Source of the DNA: Candidatus Velesiimonas alkalicola | GTDB taxonomy: Bacteria > Omnitrophota > Gorgyraeia > Velesiimonadales > Velesiimonadaceae | Assembly: GCA_013626165.1 (NCBI GenBank) | Contig: NDHX01000003.1 | Location: forward strand, 64,115 to 128,114 | Length of the DNA stretch: 64,000 nucleotides | Direction: 5' to 3' | In this document: piece after piece, positions 22,735 to 32,943 of the stretch | Position numbering within the stretch: position 1 is the stretch's first letter | Layout of the letters: each line of letters starts with the position of its first letter | The notes under the pieces: generated by a model | Databases searched by the model: none | What the model was told of the DNA's origin: nothing | The model's input: the letters and a program-made list of their open reading frames with translations, nothing else | Position numbers and translations under genes: made by a program

Positions 22735-22894
22735 TATAAATATTCACTAAACACTGTTCATATTTCAGGCACAGAAGCACTAAGGCACACAGGCACAAAG
22801 TGGAATGTCCTTTTATCTTCTTTTCTCATGCTTCGTACCTTTGCTACTCTGTGTCTTTGTGCCTTCAGGCAACGCAGTTGACTGAGGATTTACA
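22735..22894. mobile_element. MITE family A, copy 1 (decayed)
   Basis: Ends TATAAATATTCA / TGAGGATTTACA; homologous over its length to 42777-42912 in the opposite orientation. Confidence 0.75.
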
Positions 22895-22967
22895 TACAGA
22901 TTAAATTTAAAAGTATTGCAACGATTTATTAATCTACAGAGACACGCCCTCAACCACCTTCAAAGCT

Positions 22968-23393
22968 CTATCTTCTGGGTTGAGGCATATGTGGCATACC
23001 GGGAAAAGTACCGGGTGGCATACCGGGAAAAGTACCGGGTGGCATACCGGGAAAAACATCAGGAGGCAGCCGCTGTTCTTCTGCTTTTGCTCTTGCTGCT
23101 ATCACTTCTTGTAACGGTTTTTTACTAAAACTTATAATGTCTGACTTTAGAACCTTACCCGACCTTCTACCATTTTTAAAAAGAAGTACTATATACTGGC
23201 TTGTTTCTTTAATAACCTCACCCTGCCACATTCTCAAAGGATTTTCTGCACTAACCTTACCCCAGTACCTGTTTGGTGCAGATTCTTCAATAACAACAGG
23301 CAATGGTTCTATTGCAGGAGGCGTCTCCTGTGCAAAAGATGTACAAAAACAACCAAAAAAGAATAAAACTAAAGAAATAAAGGTAGATTTCAT
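22968..23393 (-). CDS. Hypothetical secreted protein with Pro-rich C-terminal repeat
   Basis: Signal-peptide-like N-terminus (...TSFA-QE), GGGGG RBS, FPGMPPGT repeats. Confidence 0.65.
   Translation of the reverse strand: MKSTFISLVLFFFGCFCTSFAQETPPAIEPLPVVIEESAPNRYWGKVSAENPLRMWQGEVIKETSQYIVLLFKNGRRSGKVLKSDIISFSKKPLQEVIAARAKAEEQRLPPDVFPGMPPGTFPGMPPGTFPGMPHMPQPRR
22991..23055. repeat. 24-bp coding tandem repeat, about 2.7 copies
   Basis: GTGGCATACCGGGAAAAGTACCGG twice exactly plus a partial third copy. Confidence 0.9.
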
Positions 23394-23420
23394 ATTCCCC
23401 CCTTTTTTAAAATATAAACT

Positions 23421-24092
23421 TTAAGTCAGTGGAGTGGTACACGCTATCTGACCTGGTGCTACCGGTTTATCAAGATATGCATAAGTGAAGGCTGAACCCT
23501 GTTTTGCAAGTAAAGTCCTTGATTCTCTTCCCTTTTCACCCATGCCGATAACACACACAGGCATTTTATTTTTAACACTTTCTAAAAACTTGGATAAAAT
23601 CTTTATATCTGCTGGTTTATTAATCATTGTAGCAATCTTTATTATATCAGCACCCTTTTCTTGTGCCTCTGAAAATATTCTTAAAAGTGTATTAAAAGAG
23701 GGGGTTATCTTAAAATTATGGTAAGAACAGAGAAAAATAAAATTTATTTTACATAACTTATTTGTTATATTGCTTGATAGTTCAATATCAATAATATTTA
23801 TAATACCGCCTGCTGTTTCAAAAAATTTCAGCCTGTCTTTATCAGTGCCTTCCCATTCGCCACCTTCTTCTTTTAGCCTTATTGTAAGAATAACAGGTAG
23901 TTTTTCCTGGAATTTTTTGCCATACCCAACCCAGTCTATAGAAGTTCCTATTTTATCAAGTCTTATTTCTACAATATCACAGGGAAGTTTTTTCCTTTTT
24001 GAAAACTTTTCTAAACCTTCCACCGAACTTATGGTCCCAACTATTTTTGTCTTTTTTTGTTTTAATAAATTTCTTATATTATTAAAATTCAT
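23421..24092 (-). CDS. aroD: Type I 3-dehydroquinate dehydratase
   Basis: DIVEIRLD, LTIRLKEEGG, SYHNF, ADIIKIA, IGMGEKG..SR, APGQI. Confidence 0.92.
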   Translation of the reverse strand: MNFNNIRNLLKQKKTKIVGTISSVEGLEKFSKRKKLPCDIVEIRLDKIGTSIDWVGYGKKFQEKLPVILTIRLKEEGGEWEGTDKDRLKFFETAGGIINIIDIELSSNITNKLCKINFIFLCSYHNFKITPSFNTLLRIFSEAQEKGADIIKIATMINKPADIKILSKFLESVKNKMPVCVIGMGEKGRESRTLLAKQGSAFTYAYLDKPVAPGQIACTTPLT

Positions 24093-24111
24093 TACGAATT
24101 TTTAAAACCAG

Positions 24112-24183
24112 AGGCGGCAACCGGATTCGAACCGGTGAATAGCGGTTTTGCAGACCGATGCCTTGCCACTTGGCTATGCCGCC
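24112..24183 (-). tRNA. tRNA-Cys(GCA)
   Basis: GGCGGCATAGCCAAGTGGCAAGGC...CTGCAAA...GGTTCGAATCCGGTTGCCGCCT cloverleaf. Confidence 0.95.
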
Positions 24184-24238
24184 AGAATAAACACAACAGA
24201 CTCCGCTATCAAGCGAGATTAAGCACGCTATTTTCTAC

Positions 24239-24580
24239 CTACTTTAATGTTTCTTCTGTTGTTTCTGTTTTTTCTTCTGTTTTTCCTTCTGTTTTTTTTA
24301 TAAAAGGTTTGGGCAATTCTTTTTCCTGCTTCTTTTTAACAGCAGGAGGCTCCTGCAATTGAATAACAACATCTTTCACGCCCTGCCATTTTTTAATCTC
24401 ATGGAGGATTATTGAAATATCTCTGTTCAAAACTGGTTGTGCTGATCTGTCGTAAACCATATAGCCATTGATATAAACAACCTGTCTGATAACATCAACA
24501 TCTACATAGCGCATATCTATCTCAAACCTTGTAAGTATCCCACGAACCTTTACTTCTATTTTAAAATCAATTATTGACAT
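24239..24580 (-). CDS. Hypothetical protein (weak BON-like pattern, charged tail)
   Basis: 113-aa ORF in the operon direction; VDVDV...VVYING...GVKDVV pattern. Confidence 0.6.
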   Translation of the reverse strand: MSIIDFKIEVKVRGILTRFEIDMRYVDVDVIRQVVYINGYMVYDRSAQPVLNRDISIILHEIKKWQGVKDVVIQLQEPPAVKKKQEKELPKPFIKKTEGKTEEKTETTEETLK

Positions 24581-24752
24581 CTAAGATTCCCGCCACACAC
24601 TCATCTTTTGTTCGCCTCTACAAGGCTCAGACCTCCCCCACCTGGAGAAAACGAGGGCGAGGTTTTTAACACTATGGGCGGGCACAAGGACAAACATTGG
24701 CGCCTGGCCACTACAAGTTGTCTAAGGAACAATCTTTACCAAGGACAAGTTC

Positions 24753-25202
24753 TTATGTTCCCGTATGTCCAAAACCACCTTCATTTCTTTGCGTAATATC
24801 AAGCATGTCTGTTTCCTGAATTTGTGCCTGGATAACTTCCTGTATTATCATCTGGGCAATCCTCTGCCCTCTTTTTACTATGTAGGGCTCTTTTCCATGA
24901 TTGACAAGTATTACATTTACAAGTCCCCTGTAATCGCTGTCTATTGTGCCCGGTGCATTTGCTACTGTAACCCCATGTTTTATAACAAGCCCGCTTCTGG
25001 GTCTTACCTGTGCTTCATATCCATATGGAATACTTACATAAAATCCCACCGAAATAAGTTTTATCTCACCCGGTTTTATACAAATTTTCTGTTCTACATC
25101 CGCACAGAGATCAAATCCACTTGCGCCTTCTGACATATATTTAGGAACAGGGATATCTTCACACCCCCGTTTTCTTTTTATTCTTAAAATAACTTCCCTC
25201 AT
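24753..25202 (-). CDS. dut: dUTP diphosphatase
   Basis: ASGFDL, QVRPRSG, GTIDSDYRG, RIAQMI, RNEGGFGHTG. Confidence 0.96.
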   Translation of the reverse strand: MREVILRIKRKRGCEDIPVPKYMSEGASGFDLCADVEQKICIKPGEIKLISVGFYVSIPYGYEAQVRPRSGLVIKHGVTVANAPGTIDSDYRGLVNVILVNHGKEPYIVKRGQRIAQMIIQEVIQAQIQETDMLDITQRNEGGFGHTGT

Positions 25203-27295
25203 TTTTTTCTTTCTTCAATTAGCACCGCTTTCTTACTTAAATTCAGACGCCCCTGTTTATCTATCTCAATTAACTTTACGGTTATTTCATCCCCTACCTT
25301 GACGATGTCTTCCGCATTCTTAACATAACTATCAGAAAGTTCCGATACATGAACAAGTCCCTCAATATTGGGAAGTATCTCACAAAAAGCACCAAAATTT
25401 GTAACCCTTTTTACCTTCCCCGTATAAACTCTTCCAACCTGCGGCTCTTCTATGATGGATTTTATCCGATTTATTGCTTTTTCAGAGGCCGCTGCATCTG
25501 AAGATGCTACATTAACAGTTCCATCATCCTGTATATCAATTGAAACACCTGTGTCTGCAATAATCTTCCTGATTGTTTTACCCGAAGGGCCGATTACTGT
25601 ACCTATCTTTTCAAGTTTTATCTTAAATGTGGTTATATGTGGAGCATATACTGATATTTGTTCTTTGGGCTTAAGTATTGTCTTATTCATTACATCAAGC
25701 ACTATCTTTCTTGCCTGCTTTGCCTGAATAATTACATTATGTAATATTTCTTTATCTATAGCATCAATTTTTAGGTCCATCTGTAAAGCAGTTGCGCCAT
25801 TTTTTGTACCCGTTAACTTAAAATCCATATCACCAAAATGGTCTTCAAGTCCTGATATATCTGTAAGAACAATGGCATCGTTTTTCTGTTTTATCAATCC
25901 CATAGCAACACCCGCCACAGGTTCAGCTATAGGAACCCCTGCATCCATAAGTGAAAGTGTCCCTGCACATACTGTTGCCATGCTTGAAGAACCGTTAGAC
26001 TCAAGAATTTCCGATACCACACGAACTGTATAGGGAAATTTTTCTTTCCCCGGCATGACAGGTCTTAGCGCCTTTTCTGCAAGTGCCCCATGACCTATCT
26101 CTCTTCTGCCCGGACCTCTTATAGGACGCACCTCGCCCACACTGAACGGAGGAAAGTTATAATGCAGGATAAATCTTTCTGATGTCTCACCTTCCAATCT
26201 TTCTATGAGCTGTTCATCTTCACCTGTTCCAAGTGTTGTTACAGAAAGACTCTGTGTCTGACCCCTTGTAAAAAGCGCAGAGCCATGTGTTCGGGGAAGT
26301 ATTCCAATTTCACAACTTATTTGTCTTATATCAGTATAAGAGCGTCCATCTACACGCTTTTTATTCTTAATTATAAACTGTCGGACACTTTCTTTTTCAA
26401 TCTCAATAAGTGCAAGATGTACATCTGTTTTTGAATATGTTGCGCCCTCACCTGTAAGTTTTGCAATAACATTTTTGCAGATTGCATCTACTGTCTGTTC
26501 TCTTTCTTCCTTGGTCGGGATATTATTTACCGCTGATAATTTTTCCTGTGCAATCTGTTTTACCCTTGTTAAAAGTTCATCTGAGGTCTTTTTCGTAGGA
26601 ACATCTGACTTAGAAACACCAACTCTTTTTACAAACTCTTCCTGCACTTTTATGATTTTTAAAACCTCAGACTGTCCAAATAAGATAGCCTGTTCAAGTA
26701 TATCTTCAGAAACCTGATTACCGCCTGCTTCCAACATTATAATCCCGCTCTTGGTTCCTGCAACAACAACATCTATATCGCTTTTTTCAAGTTCCCGATA
26801 TACAGGATTTATAATAAATTCATCATCAATCCTTCCAACTCTTACGGCACCGACAGGACCATTAAAGGGAATAGATGAAATGGATAATGCCGTTGAAGCG
26901 CCGATGATGGAAAGAACATCCGGATCATTTTCACCATCGCTTGATAAAACAATGCTTACAACCTGAACCTCGTTTAATACACCTTTTGGAAAAAGCGGTC
27001 TGATAGCCCTGTCTGTAAGGCGTCCGCCCAAGATTTCCGAAGAGGTGGGTCTGCTTTCTCTTTTAAAAAACCCACCCGGTATTCTTCCGGCGGCATATGT
27101 CTTTTCCTGAAACTCAACAGTCAAAGGGAAATGGTCTATATCTTCATTAGGTTCTTTTGACATAACAACAGTTACAAGGACAACTGTCTCTCCGCACTGA
27201 ACACTTACAGCAGCATGAGCCTGTTTTGCAAAACGACCTGTTTCTATGGTTATCTGCTTTTTACCAACAGCAATATATGTTTTTTCTGTTGCCAA
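25199..27295 (-). CDS. pnp: Polyribonucleotide nucleotidyltransferase
   Basis: IPGGFFKRE, RREIGHG, ESNGSSSMA, EDHFGDMDFK, KH and S1 domains; TTG start after AGGAGG. Confidence 0.97.
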   Translation of the reverse strand: MATEKTYIAVGKKQITIETGRFAKQAHAAVSVQCGETVVLVTVVMSKEPNEDIDHFPLTVEFQEKTYAAGRIPGGFFKRESRPTSSEILGGRLTDRAIRPLFPKGVLNEVQVVSIVLSSDGENDPDVLSIIGASTALSISSIPFNGPVGAVRVGRIDDEFIINPVYRELEKSDIDVVVAGTKSGIIMLEAGGNQVSEDILEQAILFGQSEVLKIIKVQEEFVKRVGVSKSDVPTKKTSDELLTRVKQIAQEKLSAVNNIPTKEEREQTVDAICKNVIAKLTGEGATYSKTDVHLALIEIEKESVRQFIIKNKKRVDGRSYTDIRQISCEIGILPRTHGSALFTRGQTQSLSVTTLGTGEDEQLIERLEGETSERFILHYNFPPFSVGEVRPIRGPGRREIGHGALAEKALRPVMPGKEKFPYTVRVVSEILESNGSSSMATVCAGTLSLMDAGVPIAEPVAGVAMGLIKQKNDAIVLTDISGLEDHFGDMDFKLTGTKNGATALQMDLKIDAIDKEILHNVIIQAKQARKIVLDVMNKTILKPKEQISVYAPHITTFKIKLEKIGTVIGPSGKTIRKIIADTGVSIDIQDDGTVNVASSDAAASEKAINRIKSIIEEPQVGRVYTGKVKRVTNFGAFCEILPNIEGLVHVSELSDSYVKNAEDIVKVGDEITVKLIEIDKQGRLNLSKKAVLIEERKK

Positions 27296-27305
27296 TATAA
27301 TCCTC

Positions 27306-27599
27306 CTATTTGCGTAAATTCAATTTCTCAAGCACTTCTTTGTATTTCGGTGCATCATTTTTACTTAAATAGTCAAGCAGCTTTCTTCTGCTGCTTATAA
27401 GTTGTAAAAGTCCCCTTCTTGAACTGTGGTCCTTTTTATGTGTTTTAAAATGCTCCATAAGTTTTTCTATTCTTTGCGAAAGAATTGCTATCTGGACATA
27501 AGCAGAACCTGTATCTTTTGGATGTAGATGAAACTCATTTATCACACTTTCTTTTGTATCTTTTAGTAAATCTACTGCAACCATTTTTTTTATTCTCAC
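27306..27599 (-). CDS. rpsO: 30S ribosomal protein S15
   Basis: DTGSAYVQIAIL...HKKDHSSRRGLL...RRKLLDYL; start could be 27584. Confidence 0.96.
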   Translation of the reverse strand: MRIKKMVAVDLLKDTKESVINEFHLHPKDTGSAYVQIAILSQRIEKLMEHFKTHKKDHSSRRGLLQLISSRRKLLDYLSKNDAPKYKEVLEKLNLRK

Positions 27600-27632
27600 C
27601 CCCTTTCTGCCTCATTTATTACACACACCAGT

Positions 27633-27661
27633 ATCTTACCACACTATATTATGCTTGTAAA
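27633..27661 (-). promoter_or_regulatory. Putative sigma70 promoter of rpsO-pnp-dut
   Basis: TTTACA, 17 bp, TAAGAT with extended TG. Confidence 0.5.
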
Positions 27662-27771
27662 TCTTTTTAAACTTTGTTGTTTTTTCCCCCTGCCCCGCTT
27701 ACGCTTCACAGGGGTTTCACCCCTTTGAATTACCCCTTGAACAATTTGGAAGGTTCAAACCCCTTATTCTA

Positions 27772-27847
27772 TGGAGCGGCGGACGGGGTTTGAACCCGCG
27801 ACATCAAGCTTGGGAAGCTCGCATTCTGCCAACTGAATTACCGCCGC
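27772..27847 (-). tRNA. tRNA-Gly(CCC)
   Basis: GCGGCGGTAATTCAGTTGGCAGAATGCGAGCTTCCCAAGCTTG...GGTTCAAACCCCGTCCGCCGCTCCA. Confidence 0.95.
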
Positions 27848-29011
27848 TTAAAAATCAAGTATCTTCGTTATATCCACATCTTCTTTGTTATCATATATAT
27901 CTTCAAACTTTTTTTTAAAATCCAAAAATCTTTGTTCTTTTATTCTGTTCCTTGCTGTTCTTAATAGTGCAGAATAAAACCAGAGGTTGTGTATTGTAAG
28001 AAGTCGGGGACCTAACGCTTCACTTGCATTAAAAAGGTGTCTGATATAAGAACGGCTAAAATTTTTACAACACGGACAGGGGCACCCTTGCTGGACAGGT
28101 TCATCGTCAGAAGAATATATTGCATTTTTTACAAACAATCTGCCCTGCGTTACAAACGCAGCACCGTTTCTTCCGCATCTTGTAGGCATTATACAATCAA
28201 AAAGGTCAATCCCTTTTGATATGGAATCTAAAATATCAAGAGGGGCTCCAACCCCCATAAGACACCTTGGTTTGTTGAGAGGAAGTTTTTCTACTGTTAA
28301 AGAAACAATTTCTCTTATAAGGCTTGTGGGTTCTCCTACACTTATTCCGCCAATTGCATAACCTGAAAATGGTATTTGAGTAAGTTCGTTACAACATTCT
28401 ATTCTTAAATTTTGATAGGTACTGCCCTGTATTATGCAGAAAAGAAGAGATTTTTTATCACTATTTTTGACATTCTGATTAAAACTGTTAAAGCTTAATT
28501 TTGCCCATTTCACAGTTCTTTTAACAGCTCTTTTTGCGTGTTCTTCTGAACTTGGAAAAGCAACACACTCATCAAGGGGCATTATAACATCCGTATTAAG
28601 GTCTGTTTGAATGCCAAGAACTTTTTCAGCAGTCAGATAATGCTTTGAACCATCTATATGAGACTGAAATTCAACGCCATCATCAAACACTTTTCTTAAT
28701 GTTGCAAGACTGAAAACCTGAAATCCTCCCGAATCTGTAAGTATAGAACCATCCCAGTTCATAAAATTGTGAAGCCCCCCTGATTTTTTTATAATATCTA
28801 CCCCGGGTCTTAAATAAAGATGGTATGCATTACACAGAAGCATCTTAAATCCGGACTGTTGGACCTCATCAGGGGTAAGTGTCTTAACCGCAGCCTGTGT
28901 GCCTACGGGCATAAACGCAGGGGTCTGGACAGGTCCTGACTTTGTATATAAAATCCCGAGCCTTGCGCTGTTATCTTTTCCATCAATTTTAAAAGAACTA
29001 TCCAACACCAA
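27848..29011 (-). CDS. tgt: Queuine tRNA-ribosyltransferase (bacterial TGT)
   Basis: TPAFMPVGT, TDSGGFQVFSL, PLDEC, QGS, DLFDC, Zn ligands CPCPCC...HN. Confidence 0.96.
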   Translation of the reverse strand: MVLDSSFKIDGKDNSARLGILYTKSGPVQTPAFMPVGTQAAVKTLTPDEVQQSGFKMLLCNAYHLYLRPGVDIIKKSGGLHNFMNWDGSILTDSGGFQVFSLATLRKVFDDGVEFQSHIDGSKHYLTAEKVLGIQTDLNTDVIMPLDECVAFPSSEEHAKRAVKRTVKWAKLSFNSFNQNVKNSDKKSLLFCIIQGSTYQNLRIECCNELTQIPFSGYAIGGISVGEPTSLIREIVSLTVEKLPLNKPRCLMGVGAPLDILDSISKGIDLFDCIMPTRCGRNGAAFVTQGRLFVKNAIYSSDDEPVQQGCPCPCCKNFSRSYIRHLFNASEALGPRLLTIHNLWFYSALLRTARNRIKEQRFLDFKKKFEDIYDNKEDVDITKILDF

Positions 29012-29894
29012 TAATCTCCATACTTAAATCTGCAGATGCAGAAGAATGTGTAAGTGCTCCTATTGATATACGGTCTATTCCGCAGGATGCATACTTTCTT
29101 ACATTTTTTAAATTCACTCCTCCCGAATATTCAATGATAGGCTTTTTTATTTTAAGTTTTGAACAGATACATTCTGTCCAATCCACCATAGACTTTACAA
29201 GATAAGGCCTCATATTATCAAGAAGTATGAGCCCTGCACCTTCTTTTATTGCAACCTCCAATTCTTCCTTATTTTTAACCTCTACCTGAACAGGAAGCCC
29301 TGTATTTTTTGTATAATTTAACGCAATTTTTATAGCCTGTTTGTCGTTTTTTAAATCTTTATATAATTTTAAGAATGCCAGATGATTATCCTTGATAAGA
29401 ACCATATCATAGAGTCCTAACCTGTGATTGACACCTCCGCCTGCTTTTACAGCCATTTTTTCTTCAAAACGAAGCCCTGGATGCGTCTTTCTTGTATCAA
29501 CAATTAAAACAGAGGATGTCTTTCGGCTGCTCTTTACAGCATCAACATATTTTTTTGTCATTGTTGCTATCCCGCACAGACGCCCTAATATATTAAGAAC
29601 CGTTCTTTCACAAGAAACAATTGTTCTTGCATCGCCGGATATGTTAGCAACAGTTGAACCGGATTTGACAAGATCTGCTTCTTTAAAAAAATTTTTAATC
29701 TTTACTCTGTTTTTAACATTTTCAAAAATAGTTTTTATACAATCAATCCCGCTTAAAACAAGAGCCTGTTTTGCAATTATATTAGCACTGACACTGATAT
29801 TTTTAGGTATCAGAGAAAAAGATGTAATATCCTCATCCACGCCATCTTCTTCTAATGCAATTTGAACAATTTTTTTAAAAGTATCTTCCCCCAT
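28998..29894 (-). CDS. nadC: Nicotinate-nucleotide pyrophosphorylase (carboxylating)
   Basis: ERTVLN, DTRKT, NHRLGLYDMVLIKDNH, VEV, LLDNM, SGG, SIGALTHS. Confidence 0.95.
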   Translation of the reverse strand: MGEDTFKKIVQIALEEDGVDEDITSFSLIPKNISVSANIIAKQALVLSGIDCIKTIFENVKNRVKIKNFFKEADLVKSGSTVANISGDARTIVSCERTVLNILGRLCGIATMTKKYVDAVKSSRKTSSVLIVDTRKTHPGLRFEEKMAVKAGGGVNHRLGLYDMVLIKDNHLAFLKLYKDLKNDKQAIKIALNYTKNTGLPVQVEVKNKEELEVAIKEGAGLILLDNMRPYLVKSMVDWTECICSKLKIKKPIIEYSGGVNLKNVRKYASCGIDRISIGALTHSSASADLSMEIIGVG

Positions 29895-30076
29895 AAGTTT
29901 ATTTCAAGAGCCTGTGAGCACAATCGCTCACCTGAAGAAAAAAGTTCAAAAAATCAAACGGCCCACTATCGTGGGTACCACGAAATTAAATTCCAAGCAC
30001 TTTAACGGTATACGGAATAAAATATATGGCTTTCACCAGTTACCTATGCTCTGACACTTGATATCTTGGCATCCAA

Positions 30077-31528
30077 TTATTCTGCTCTCAAAGAAACAAT
30101 AAATCTTCTCCTTCCTTCACGGATACCCAACAGAATACCCCTCTTCAAATCTGCCTTTAAAATTTCCCTGTTATAGTCACTTACAGATAATACGGGCACT
30201 CTGTTAACCTCTTCAATAACCTGTCCAGGCTTTAGCCCCGCAAACTCAGCAGGACTTCCTTCTAACACTTCATTTATAATAACCCCCTTTGCATCTTTCG
30301 GAATATTAAACCTTTCTCTTAATTGGTCTGTAAGATTTTCTACGCCAATACCTATCTCTTCTTTTCTTTGTTCACCTTCTTCAACATCTGTCTTTTCTAA
30401 ATCCAAGGGCATCTGTGCAGTAGTTATCCACACATCTAATGGTTTCCCATTTCTTAACAAAGATATTCTTATTCTTTGTCCGACTTCTTTTAACATTATC
30501 TTTCTTACAACATCGTCTGCAGTTTCAATTTTTTCTCCATTAATTGTTCTTATCACATCATATCTTTCAATACCGGCATTCTGTGCGGGACTATCAGGAT
30601 GCACCTCTGAAACTATTGCTCCTTTAAGTTCTTCCATACCTAAGGATTTTGCCATATCTTTTGTCACAGGTTGTATGCTTACACCAATCCACGCCCTTGT
30701 AACCTTACCCTCTTTTATTAAGTCATTCATTACTTTCTTTGCAAGGTTGCTCGGTATTGCAAAACCAATTCCTGTTCCAATTCCATATATCATCGTGTTT
30801 ATCCCTATCACCTCTGCATCAATATTTATAAGAGGACCACCACTGTTTCCAGGATTTATAGAAGCATCTGTCTGTATGAAGTCTTCAAATCTGCCTGTGC
30901 CCAGCCCTGCCCTGCTTTTTGCGCTTATAACGCCAACTGTTACAGTATGTTCAAAACCGAATGGCTGACCTATTGCCATAACCCATTCACCAATCTGAAT
31001 CTTATCTGAATCTCCCATACTTGCTATGGGCAGCTCCTGTCCCTCCTTGGGCTCAATCTTTATTACAGCAAGGTCTGTTCTTGGATCCTTACCAACAACT
31101 TTTGCCGAAAATTCTGATTTATCGCCTAATCTAACAGTTATCCTATCCGCTCCTTCAACAACATGATTGTTCGTAAGAATGTAGCCTCTTTTATCAATTA
31201 TCACACCGCTTCCGGCCCCTCTTTGTCTTGGACGATGCTGCGGCCGTCTTTGCCTTGGCGTTCTTGGTTCCATCCTCTTAAAAAAATCTTCAAAAGGTGT
31301 CCCCCTAAAAAAATCATATTCATCAAAGAATCTAAAACCACGATGTGGAACATTAATTTCTCTTTCTACAGCAAGACTTACAACAGCGGGACTTACCTTT
31401 TTTGCAACTTCAACAAACGCCTGACTTAGCACCCTTGCCTGCTCTGTGGCACTTTCTTTTTCCTTCTGTGAATAGGTGGGAAAAGTTATTAGACAAACAA
31501 CTAACAATAAGAAAAATTTCTTCATCAT
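30077..31528 (-). CDS. degQ: Do/DegQ family serine endoprotease (trypsin domain plus two PDZ)
   Basis: Signal peptide, TNNHV, DLAVIK, QTDASINPGNSGGPL, two PDZ domains. Confidence 0.93.
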   Translation of the reverse strand: MMKKFFLLLVVCLITFPTYSQKEKESATEQARVLSQAFVEVAKKVSPAVVSLAVEREINVPHRGFRFFDEYDFFRGTPFEDFFKRMEPRTPRQRRPQHRPRQRGAGSGVIIDKRGYILTNNHVVEGADRITVRLGDKSEFSAKVVGKDPRTDLAVIKIEPKEGQELPIASMGDSDKIQIGEWVMAIGQPFGFEHTVTVGVISAKSRAGLGTGRFEDFIQTDASINPGNSGGPLINIDAEVIGINTMIYGIGTGIGFAIPSNLAKKVMNDLIKEGKVTRAWIGVSIQPVTKDMAKSLGMEELKGAIVSEVHPDSPAQNAGIERYDVIRTINGEKIETADDVVRKIMLKEVGQRIRISLLRNGKPLDVWITTAQMPLDLEKTDVEEGEQRKEEIGIGVENLTDQLRERFNIPKDAKGVIINEVLEGSPAEFAGLKPGQVIEEVNRVPVLSVSDYNREILKADLKRGILLGIREGRRRFIVSLRAE

Positions 31529-31656
31529 ATATCCTCCCTTCCTTAATGTTAATTATTATAATATATTATTTCCTATATTAAAAGTCAATTTTTTAACAAA
31601 CCACCCCATTAGAAAGGCGGGAATTTTTTAATGGGGTAACACAGCAAATTTTTTTC

Positions 31657-31685
31657 TTGACAAGTATATAAATTTTTGATAGAAT
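31657..31685 (+). promoter_or_regulatory. sigma70 promoter of the cold-shock gene
   Basis: TTGACA (31657-31662), 17 bp, TAGAAT (31680-31685), with TG extension. Confidence 0.75.
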
Positions 31686-31895
31686 TTACCCGTATCCAGA
31701 AATAGGGTATTTGATAAAATTAGGTTTTTATAGAAAATTTCCGATTTGGTAGCAATAAGTATCTTTAGGACGCCGTGTGGCTTCAAGGCTTTTGCGTTGG
31801 GAATCCTGATTTTATCCCCCCGGCTAAAATTTCAGTCGGGGGATATTTACAACCCCTGATTTTTAAGTCATAGGGGCAAGAGAAAGGAGTAGGTA

Positions 31896-32099
31896 GTGGC
31901 AACAGGAACAGTGAAGTGGTTTGACAAACGCAAGGGTTATGGGTTTATAACCTTGGACGAAGGAACAGATGTATTCGTCCATTTTTCTGCCATCGGCGGT
32001 GGTGATGGGTTTAAAACACTCGTAGAAGGACAGAAAGTAACACTTGATGTTGTGGACGGACCAAAAGGTAAACAGGCAAATAATGTTGTAGGAGCATAG
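31896..32099 (+). CDS. cspA: Cold-shock protein
   Basis: [32 protein letters not shown]; GTG start after AAGGAG. Confidence 0.95.
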   Translation: MATGTVKWFDKRKGYGFITLDEGTDVFVHFSAIGGGDGFKTLVEGQKVTLDVVDGPKGKQANNVVGA

Positions 32100-32106
32100 G
32101 GCCGAT

Positions 32107-32152
32107 AAAAAAAGCCTTCCAGACTAAAACTTTAGTCTGGAAGGCTTTTTTT
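32107..32152. terminator. Bidirectional intrinsic terminator between csp and tpiA
   Basis: AAAAAAAGCCTTCCAGACTAAA-AC-TTTAGTCTGGAAGGCTTTTTTT, a perfect stem with A/T tracts on both sides. Confidence 0.9.
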
Positions 32153-32181
32153 ATTATGGAAAAGAGTATTTAGATTGCTTT

Positions 32182-32943
32182 TTACTGTTCGCACTCTTTT
32201 ATTATTGATATAAATGATTCTATGTTAAGACTTGCACCGCCAACCAATGCACCATCAATATCCTGTTCCATTAAAAGCCCTTTTATATTATCCGGTCTTA
32301 CGCTTCCTCCATACAGTATTCTTATGCTGTTCGCTAGACCTTGCGATGTTGCTGTTGCTATAATTTTTCTTATATAAGAATGTATCTCCTGTGCTATCTG
32401 GGGTGTGGCAGTTTTTCCTGTTCCTATTGCCCATACAGGTTCATATGCAATAACTATTTTTAATACATCATTGTTATTAAGTCCCGCCAACACTTCTGCA
32501 ATCTGGTCCGCAACAACTCCAAACGCCTGTCCCTTATCTCTTTCATCAAGTCTTTCGCCAATACACACAATAGGGGTAAGTCCTTCGGAAAGTGCAGATT
32601 TTATCTTCTTATTTACATTTTCATTGGTTTCATTAAAATACTGTCTTCTTTCGGAATGCCCTATTATTACAAACCTGCAACCTATACTTTTAAGCATACT
32701 GGCAGATATTTCCCCTGTATATGCGCCTTCTTTTTCCCAGAACATATCCTGTGCGCCAAGTTCAATGTTCGTATCTTTAATAATTTCTCTTACGACATAT
32801 AATGAGGTGAAGGCGGGACATATTGTAATATCAACATTTTTAATATCCTTACATCCATCCAAAATTGCCTGTGCAAGAGACTTTGCCTCTTTACAATTTT
32901 CATACATCTTCCAGTTGCCGACAATAAGCGGTTTTCTTTTCAC
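32182..32943 (-). CDS. tpiA: Triosephosphate isomerase
   Basis: GNWKM, GHSERR, AYEPVWAIGTG, YGGSV, LVGGASL. Confidence 0.97.
   Translation of the reverse strand: MKRKPLIVGNWKMYENCKEAKSLAQAILDGCKDIKNVDITICPAFTSLYVVREIIKDTNIELGAQDMFWEKEGAYTGEISASMLKSIGCRFVIIGHSERRQYFNETNENVNKKIKSALSEGLTPIVCIGERLDERDKGQAFGVVADQIAEVLAGLNNNDVLKIVIAYEPVWAIGTGKTATPQIAQEIHSYIRKIIATATSQGLANSIRILYGGSVRPDNIKGLLMEQDIDGALVGGASLNIESFISIIKECEQ

Noticed and set aside
22991-23055. Direct repeats as a possible CRISPR array
   Set aside because: Contiguous 24-bp units with no spacers, in frame within a Pro-rich coding region; no cas genes in the window
24600-24750. Possible riboswitch or ncRNA downstream of dut
   Set aside because: No recognisable aptamer; resembles decayed REP-like GGGCG...CTACA palindromes
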